Of a stretch of DNA of 64,000 nucleotides, positions 58,557 through 64,000 are shown piece by piece. How positions within the stretch are numbered: position 1 is the first letter of the stretch; the number at the start of each line of letters is the position of its first letter. The position numbers and the translations under genes were made by a program. This DNA comes from an uncultured Candidatus Saccharibacteria bacterium (GTDB lineage: Bacteria; Patescibacteriota; Minisyncoccia; Phycocordibacterales; PALSA-1337). The notes under the pieces were generated by a model. The model ran no database searches. It was not told the DNA's origin and saw only the letters and a list, made by a program, of their open reading frames with translations. The stretch lies in NCBI GenBank assembly GCA_964495685.1, contig CAZBVQ010000001.1, positions 297,521 to 361,520 on the forward strand, given 5' to 3'.

Positions 58557-59246
58557 CTACCACAGTTTGGGTCGGACTACCTTTATCTCTTCGAATAGGA
58601 TGATCATGATGACAACGCCACCCCAAATCCACGAAAACGTCCTCAGTGTGTCGCTCGCACTGGCTTCCATAATGGAGAGGTTGAATGAAGTGTGGATGAC
58701 GATCGCGGCGATGATACCGACGATGGCCGCAATAATCTTCGCCAGACGGCCGTGATAGAAGAAATACCCGATACAGAATCCTATAGTTGCAGAACTGACG
58801 ATATGGAGTAGGGTGGCACCGATGAATCTCATGTTTCCGGTGATGATACTGCGAGCGACCTCACCTCCTGAGAGTGGGTCCATGATGAAGAAGGCATTTT
58901 CGAGAGCTGAGAAGCCGAGTGCTACCACAATACAATAGATCATGGCGTCGATAGGCTCATCGTTTGCTTGTGAACGTAGCCCAATCACCGCTATGGCGAT
59001 GAATTTGAGAATTTCCTCAGTGGCTGCCCACAGTGTGTAGCGTATCGTGGGATCTGTATATAGGTCGGCAATGTATTTCTCAATAAACAACGCAGCGACG
59101 ACGGCTAGAATGCCACCGAAGAAACAGGCGACGAGGAGGGATCGTGGCTCGGGGTGTTGGCGGTCTTCACGGAGCCAGAAGAAGAGCCAGATGAGGGTGG
59201 GGAGGATGCCGGAAAGGAGAGCGTAGAGAAGAGCAGTAGCTGACAT
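58557..59246 (-). CDS. PrsW-family intramembrane metalloprotease
   Basis: Multi-TM; EExxK motif (ATEEILKF) and FxxxExxxF motif (GFSALENAFF) characteristic of PrsW/CPBP proteases. Confidence 0.6.
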   Translation of the reverse strand: MSATALLYALLSGILPTLIWLFFWLREDRQHPEPRSLLVACFFGGILAVVAALFIEKYIADLYTDPTIRYTLWAATEEILKFIAIAVIGLRSQANDEPIDAMIYCIVVALGFSALENAFFIMDPLSGGEVARSIITGNMRFIGATLLHIVSSATIGFCIGYFFYHGRLAKIIAAIVGIIAAIVIHTSFNLSIMEASASDTLRTFSWIWGGVVIMIILFEEIKVVRPKLW

Positions 59247-59398
59247 GGCATGAATTATAGCAGGAGGAGTGCGGGCTTGACAAATTGTGTATTTATTGCT
59301 AGAAAACTATCAGATTCACTAGTTTGTCCGACACTGAATGTTCCGATCGCTGATGCGATTGTGGGGGCGCTCCTGTTGAGTTTCCCCTTGAATATAAG

Positions 59399-60541
59399 GT
59401 GTCAAACCTGATCCCGAAAATGAAGAAAATGATCCTAACCTGTTTCGTGGCCTTGTGCTGCGTTTCTGTGTTCGCGACGGCCCGTTTGGTCGTCAGCAAT
59501 GGTGGGGATGACTTCGTGCCGGCTCCTGTGAGTGCCGCGAAATCAACCCCAGGTAAGCTCGACCTCAACCCTCGGCAAATGCTCGGTAGTAACGCCATCT
59601 ACATCTCCTCGATGTGCGCGTTGACCTCGCCGAATTTGGCCCAAAGCCGTATCTATGTCATGGGTGGTCTCGCCGGCGCCAATGTGCCGACTGATCGTAC
59701 GCTGAATCCAGCCGCGTGGTACCGTGTCCCGACCTCGAGTGGTACCAACTATGGGCTGCAGTGGTTCGATTGGTGCGTCACGACGTCCAAGAGCTGGCTC
59801 GGCGGATTGGTTGACACCAACTCTGCGTCGAAGGATGAGCACGGCGGTCGCGTCGTCATCTCACCGCAAGGTGTTGGTTCGCCAAATGGATACTGGGTGC
59901 GCATTACGACGTCACTTACAAATATCGCCCCGGCGTATTTCCCGATCAGCACCAATTCTGACGGTGTGACACCTCTGCCGTTCAGTTACACATTCGTGGG
60001 TCTCAACTATGGCCCCAATGGTGTACTGGATAGTGCGTGGAGTTCTCAGTCAGCGAAGTGGGTCGCTGCCGGTGACGACACGGTCTATGATGGCAGTCAG
60101 GGGACGGTGTATCCTCACCAAGTCGCAGTGGATTTTTTCCAGCGGTTTGGTTCGAGTGTGTTCATCACTGCCAATTCAATTGGGGATTTCGTTGACGTCA
60201 TGCGGCAGTTCGCTCTGAAGCCGCACATTACATTGACGGCCGAACTTGTCACCAATGGCGTGACGGTCGCTAGCGAGACAGTTGTCGCGGCGGTACCGTC
60301 ACTTGTCATCTGGAGATTGCCGAACGGCATGATCCGCATTGAGATGATCGGTGGGCAATACAATTATCCCTACGACATCGAAACGGCGGCCGACGTTCAG
60401 GGTGCACCGTGGCTCAAAATTGACGGTCAGACGCTCTTCCTCGGTAGTCAGGGATACTTCGATGTCCCGAGCACCGACCCGATGCGATTCTATCGCCTCA
60501 AGGCACGTTCGAACGCCGTCTGGGTGCCTCCGGCCGACTGA
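59399..60541 (+). CDS. secreted hypothetical protein (GC-rich)
   Basis: Signal peptide MKKMILTCFVALCCVSVFATA; 380 aa; no recognised domain; GC well above the window average. Confidence 0.5.
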   Translation: MSNLIPKMKKMILTCFVALCCVSVFATARLVVSNGGDDFVPAPVSAAKSTPGKLDLNPRQMLGSNAIYISSMCALTSPNLAQSRIYVMGGLAGANVPTDRTLNPAAWYRVPTSSGTNYGLQWFDWCVTTSKSWLGGLVDTNSASKDEHGGRVVISPQGVGSPNGYWVRITTSLTNIAPAYFPISTNSDGVTPLPFSYTFVGLNYGPNGVLDSAWSSQSAKWVAAGDDTVYDGSQGTVYPHQVAVDFFQRFGSSVFITANSIGDFVDVMRQFALKPHITLTAELVTNGVTVASETVVAAVPSLVIWRLPNGMIRIEMIGGQYNYPYDIETAADVQGAPWLKIDGQTLFLGSQGYFDVPSTDPMRFYRLKARSNAVWVPPAD

Positions 60542-60560
60542 ACAAGTTGGAAAATTCGAC

Positions 60561-60596
60561 AGCCTTCCTTGCTTCGCGGCGGGAAGGCTTTTTGTT
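60561..60596 (+). terminator. rho-independent terminator
   Basis: AGCCTTCC-N13-GGAAGGCT followed by TTTTTG. Confidence 0.8.
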
Positions 60597-60642
60597 GACA
60601 AAATTAGCTTATTATGATAGCCTTTGCTCTTGTCAGATTATT

Positions 60643-61548
60643 ATGAATATTCCAGAAATTTCAATGAAAAATAACATTATATACACTCTTGTCTTGTCGG
60701 CGATCGTAGCCATGTTTGGCGGCGTTTCGTTCGTCATGGCAGAAACTCCCAACGGTCTCGATGATGCCGTAGTGCAGCCTCAACAGCCAGTAGAGAATTC
60801 GACAGCTAGTCAAAATCTCAATGGTCTTGATGACGGCGTATCCACTCCGGTTGCGCCAGTCGAGCTGGCACCATCTGATGGCGGATCATCGTTCAATCAG
60901 AACGGTGCCGACGATGTCGTACCTACGCCTAATAAACCTGCTGATACTGATCAAGACAAAGGCAACGGCGGATCTTCGAGCGGTGGCGGAAGTGGTTCTT
61001 CAAGCGGCTCATCACCACGATACCTTACTCCTGTATCTGTGTCAGTGACCGGTGCAGTATCATGCCCGCTCATTACCGACTACCTCAAGATTGGTGGTAC
61101 TAATGATCAGTCACAGGTGACCAAGCTCCAGGTCTTCCTCAAGAATGTCGAGAAACTCGATGTCGATGTGAATGGTATCTTCGATACCAAGACCGAGACC
61201 GCAGTCAAAGCTTTCCAGACCAAATATCTCTCATCAGTCCTTGGTCCGTGGAGTGCGACTCGCGCTACTGGTTTCGTCTACATCACGACATTGAAGAAGA
61301 TCAATGAGATTGCCTGTGCGACTGCGTTCGTTTTGAATGCAGATGAGCAAGCCATCATCGATGCATACAAGCAGCGTGGTGAATCTACACAGCCTTCAAT
61401 TGAGGTTACTCCTCAGACGGAGACCCCGGCAAGTACACTCGAAATTGGTTCCAATGACAACACGGATACCAGTGAGAATCTAGCCGCCGTCGGTCAATCA
61501 TCGGTCATCTCTCGTTTCTGGAATTTCATCGTTGGACTCTTCAGGTAA
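60643..61548 (+). CDS. secreted protein with Gly/Ser-rich linker and C-terminal peptidoglycan-binding-like domain
   Basis: Signal/TM segment MKNNIIYTLVLSAIVAMFGGVSFVMA; GGSSSGGGSGSSSGSS linker; C-terminal LKIGGTNDQSQVTKLQVFLK...AVKAFQTKY resembles PG_binding_1; start ambiguous (60643 or 60664). Confidence 0.55.
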   Translation: MNIPEISMKNNIIYTLVLSAIVAMFGGVSFVMAETPNGLDDAVVQPQQPVENSTASQNLNGLDDGVSTPVAPVELAPSDGGSSFNQNGADDVVPTPNKPADTDQDKGNGGSSSGGGSGSSSGSSPRYLTPVSVSVTGAVSCPLITDYLKIGGTNDQSQVTKLQVFLKNVEKLDVDVNGIFDTKTETAVKAFQTKYLSSVLGPWSATRATGFVYITTLKKINEIACATAFVLNADEQAIIDAYKQRGESTQPSIEVTPQTETPASTLEIGSNDNTDTSENLAAVGQSSVISRFWNFIVGLFR

Positions 61549-61569
61549 TACCCTGAATCCCCTTGGTAC

Positions 61570-61604
61570 AAAAATCGCCCCACGTGTATCGAGGGGCGAT
61601 TTTT
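61570..61604. terminator. bidirectional terminator (PG-binding gene / tsaD)
   Basis: AAAAATCGCCCC-N11-GGGGCGATTTTT. Confidence 0.8.
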
Positions 61605-61605
61605 G

Positions 61606-62754
61606 CTATGCATGAAGACGTTTGGTGCCGTGTGCTTTGAGGGCACGATCTACTGGTGAATGGAATGCTCCCGCTAGAGCAATCATGAGTGCGTTGTCAC
61701 CAGAAATGTGTGACGAAGGTAGGTAGAGTCGGGCGTCGTATTCATGGGCGACGGCAGCTAGTCGTTCCCGGAGAAGGGCGTTTGCACTTACGCCGCCACC
61801 GACGATGATTGTTCGAGCACCTGTCTCTTCTACTGCTGTGCGCAGCTTGGTCTCGAGGGTTTCGATAGCGGCATCTTCGAATTCACGGGCGAGGCCTTTC
61901 TTGAATGTGTCATCGAATACTCCCGCTTTCTCGGCATCACGTACGGCGTAGAGTACGGCTGTTTTGAGTCCAGAGAAAGAGAAATTGAGATCGCCGCTCG
62001 TGATCATTGGTCGAGGCAGCTTCAGGGCAGGAATGATACCGGACTTTCGTGCTTCGGTGGCCATTTGAGACAGTTTGGGGCCACCAGGATAGGGGAGGCC
62101 GATCAGACGAGCTGCTTTGTCGAAAGCTTCTCCAACAGCATCGTCTTTTGTTTGCCCGAGTAGTGTATATGAGAACAGGTAGGGGGCATGTTCTCGAGGG
62201 TCCGAGGATTGCGACCAGCGAAGCGCCCGCAGGACCCGAGGGAATATGCTCCCTACCTGTTCTTGCTGTTTGACCTCAACTTTGACCAATTCCGTATGGC
62301 CACCACTGACCAGGAATGCCAGAGCAGGTGTCTCGAGCACTTTGAGTGTCTGCCACGTATCACTAGGAACATCTGATTGCAACAATGAGCCCACGACGTG
62401 TCCTTCCATGTGATTAATGGGGATGATAGGGACGGACCATTCTTTGGAAAGCTTTTCGGCGAAAACGATACCAGTCCACAAAGCTGGTTCGAGTCCTGGG
62501 CCTTCGGTGACGGCAATTACCCCTGGCTTTTCCTGGTGATCTTTCAGGAGCTGCTCAAGAAGAATAGGTAGATTCTTTTCGTGTTCGCGTTTGGCGAGCG
62601 TAGGGAAGACGCCTCCATAGGGACTGTGTAGGTCAGCTTGCGAATGGATAAGTGATGCCATGACCCGGCACTCGAATGAAGTGCCAGTACCACGTGTTTC
62701 TATAAGTGCGAGAGCAGTCTCGTCACAGGATGTTTCGATGCCAAGAATGATCAT
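61606..62754 (-). CDS. tsaD: tRNA N6-adenosine threonylcarbamoyltransferase TsaD (Kae1/YgjD family)
   Basis: Start at internal Met MIILGIETSCDETALALIE...; ASKHA fold blocks (GPGL, VSGG, GGGVSAN). Confidence 0.85.
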   Translation of the reverse strand: MIILGIETSCDETALALIETRGTGTSFECRVMASLIHSQADLHSPYGGVFPTLAKREHEKNLPILLEQLLKDHQEKPGVIAVTEGPGLEPALWTGIVFAEKLSKEWSVPIIPINHMEGHVVGSLLQSDVPSDTWQTLKVLETPALAFLVSGGHTELVKVEVKQQEQVGSIFPRVLRALRWSQSSDPREHAPYLFSYTLLGQTKDDAVGEAFDKAARLIGLPYPGGPKLSQMATEARKSGIIPALKLPRPMITSGDLNFSFSGLKTAVLYAVRDAEKAGVFDDTFKKGLAREFEDAAIETLETKLRTAVEETGARTIIVGGGVSANALLRERLAAVAHEYDARLYLPSSHISGDNALMIALAGAFHSPVDRALKAHGTKRLHA

Positions 62755-62802
62755 GATGACGTGCTTGCACTGCGTAGCTTGAGCGCAGCGAGAGCGAAGC
62801 AG

Positions 62803-62875
62803 TGCGCGATACAGGATTCGAACCTGTGACCCTCCCCACGTCAAGGGGATGCTCTACCAACTGAGCTAACCGCGC
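62803..62875 (-). tRNA. tRNA-Val (anticodon GAC)
   Basis: 73 nt; acceptor GCGCGGT/ATCGCGC, D-arm GCTCAGTTGGTAGAGC, anticodon stem TCCCC/GGGGA with loop TTGACGT, T-loop GGTTCGAATCC. Confidence 0.9.
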
Positions 62876-62985
62876 GAAATGTAACACACACAAGAACACA
62901 ATTGACGTGGTGCTACTATAGCAAAAATAGGAAAAATTGCCACCCCGACCTCTCTATTGTTTGGGGGCGTAGATGGTGTGGCGAA

Positions 62986-63996
62986 CTATTCAACCAGCTT
63001 GGTACCCATCCCTTTGACCAGCTGAATAGTGTGTGTGGTGGTATTGGCGAGATGGATACCCGTGTCATCTTGGACGATATGGAGCTCGATGACATTCCCG
63101 GTCATGACGTGTGGCGAGAAATACTGGTCGAAGAGCAGATTGCCGACTGAATAGAATACAGGTACGCCGTCGACCCATTCCTGGTCCATGATGACGTGCG
63201 GATGAGCGCCGATGATCGCATCGGCACCAGCGGTCATGAATGCGCGAGCTTGTGATTTCATACGATCAGAAGAGGTGGCGATGTATTCTTCTCCCCAGTG
63301 AGGTACGACGATGACGAATGTATCTGGTGTGGCCACACGTCTGATCTCACTCAGGACACGCTCGAATCCTGGCTGGAATGCGTGATAGCCGACGAATGCG
63401 ACACGGATACCATTCTTGCTCATGATCGTCGCTAGAGGCGTCTGACCGATCGAATTGATACGACTCATTTTGGTCGATGTGCTGTTCCACGGGTTGCCGA
63501 ACCAGGCGACGCCGGCGTCCTCGAGCCAATCTTGTGTCTCCATGGTGCCGAGATAGCCGAAATTGTCTGCGTGATTATTGGCCTGGCTGACGATGGTTAT
63601 ACCGCTATCTTTGAGTGTGGTACGTACTCGTGGTGGGAAGGTGAATGTGAGGTTGTCGGTGACTATCTTGCCACCAACGAGAGTTTTCGATGGATATGAA
63701 GTGATGGGGCCCTCGAGGTTGGCGGCGACTATGTCTGCGCGCTTGAATAAGGTCACGAGATTGTTGTCGAACAGTGAGTCGTACCCATTCTTGTCACCGA
63801 GTGCACGGATGCCGCGGTCGAACATGATGTCACCACCGACGAGCACGGTCAGTTCGTGGGTTGATTTCACCTGTGCAGGGACTGCTGGATTGACTATGTT
63901 CGCGCTCAAGGTCAGAGCTTTCTGGTCAGTAGTGGTTTCTACGGTGATTACGGATGGTCTCATGGCTTCGATGCCACGGGTCACCAGGAATGCCAC
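62986..63996 (-). CDS. CapA-family metallophosphoesterase (poly-gamma-glutamate synthesis CapA-like); N-terminus may run past the window end
   Basis: GDIMFDR, QANNHADNFG, VVPHWGEEY, GAHPHV motifs; the ORF start lies within 5 nt of the window edge. Confidence 0.7.
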   Translation of the reverse strand: MAFLVTRGIEAMRPSVITVETTTDQKALTLSANIVNPAVPAQVKSTHELTVLVGGDIMFDRGIRALGDKNGYDSLFDNNLVTLFKRADIVAANLEGPITSYPSKTLVGGKIVTDNLTFTFPPRVRTTLKDSGITIVSQANNHADNFGYLGTMETQDWLEDAGVAWFGNPWNSTSTKMSRINSIGQTPLATIMSKNGIRVAFVGYHAFQPGFERVLSEIRRVATPDTFVIVVPHWGEEYIATSSDRMKSQARAFMTAGADAIIGAHPHVIMDQEWVDGVPVFYSVGNLLFDQYFSPHVMTGNVIELHIVQDDTGIHLANTTTHTIQLVKGMGTKLVE

Positions 63997-64000
63997 ACCC

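Noticed and set aside
62902-63150. 82-aa plus-strand ORF
   Set aside because: Antisense to the well-supported CapA-family gene

Overview
This 64-kb chromosomal segment looks like a small-genome bacterium of the Candidate Phyla Radiation (Patescibacteria), possibly Saccharibacteria-like. Indicators: about 48-52% GC with AT-rich and GC-rich patches, standard genetic code, a ribosomal superoperon without L30, lysine/alanine-rich extensions on S10/L23/S19/S5/L15, and a short IF-2. The taxon is inferred from the sequence, not confirmed. Dense housekeeping content includes dnaE, gyrA, gyrB, tuf, the S10/spc ribosomal cluster through secY followed directly by rpsB-tsf, infB-rbfA, pth, lepB, rpsA, pheS, a hisS-like gene, tsaD, rnhB, gpmA and speH. 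There are five tRNAs (Gly-CCC, Leu-TAA, Cys-GCA, Thr-TGT, Val-GAC), one orphan sensor kinase and one kinase/OmpR-type regulator pair, and envelope genes (GT2 processive synthase, peptidoglycan-binding secreted proteins, PlsC, DedA-PAP2 fusion, CapA, PrsW). Unusual items are: (1) a convergently oriented pyrC plus pyrD-like gene pair inserted inside the ribosomal spc operon between rplE and rpsN, with its own terminator and promoter; (2) a perfect 17-bp palindrome TCTAGGCCSGGCCTAGA in three copies plus a variant, three of them right after stop codons and one inside dnaE; (3) an unknown 90-codon gene with canonical promoter, GGAGG Shine-Dalgarno and terminator; (4) a GC-rich promoter-to-terminator unit on the minus strand just upstream of gyrA, either an unknown 157-aa CDS or a structured RNA; (5) alternative-hairpin leaders between rpsJ-rplC and rpsB-tsf; (6) a GCGAAG-type motif next to tRNA genes; (7) a coiled-coil gene built from 21-bp tandem repeats. 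No CRISPR array, transposase or integrase was seen.
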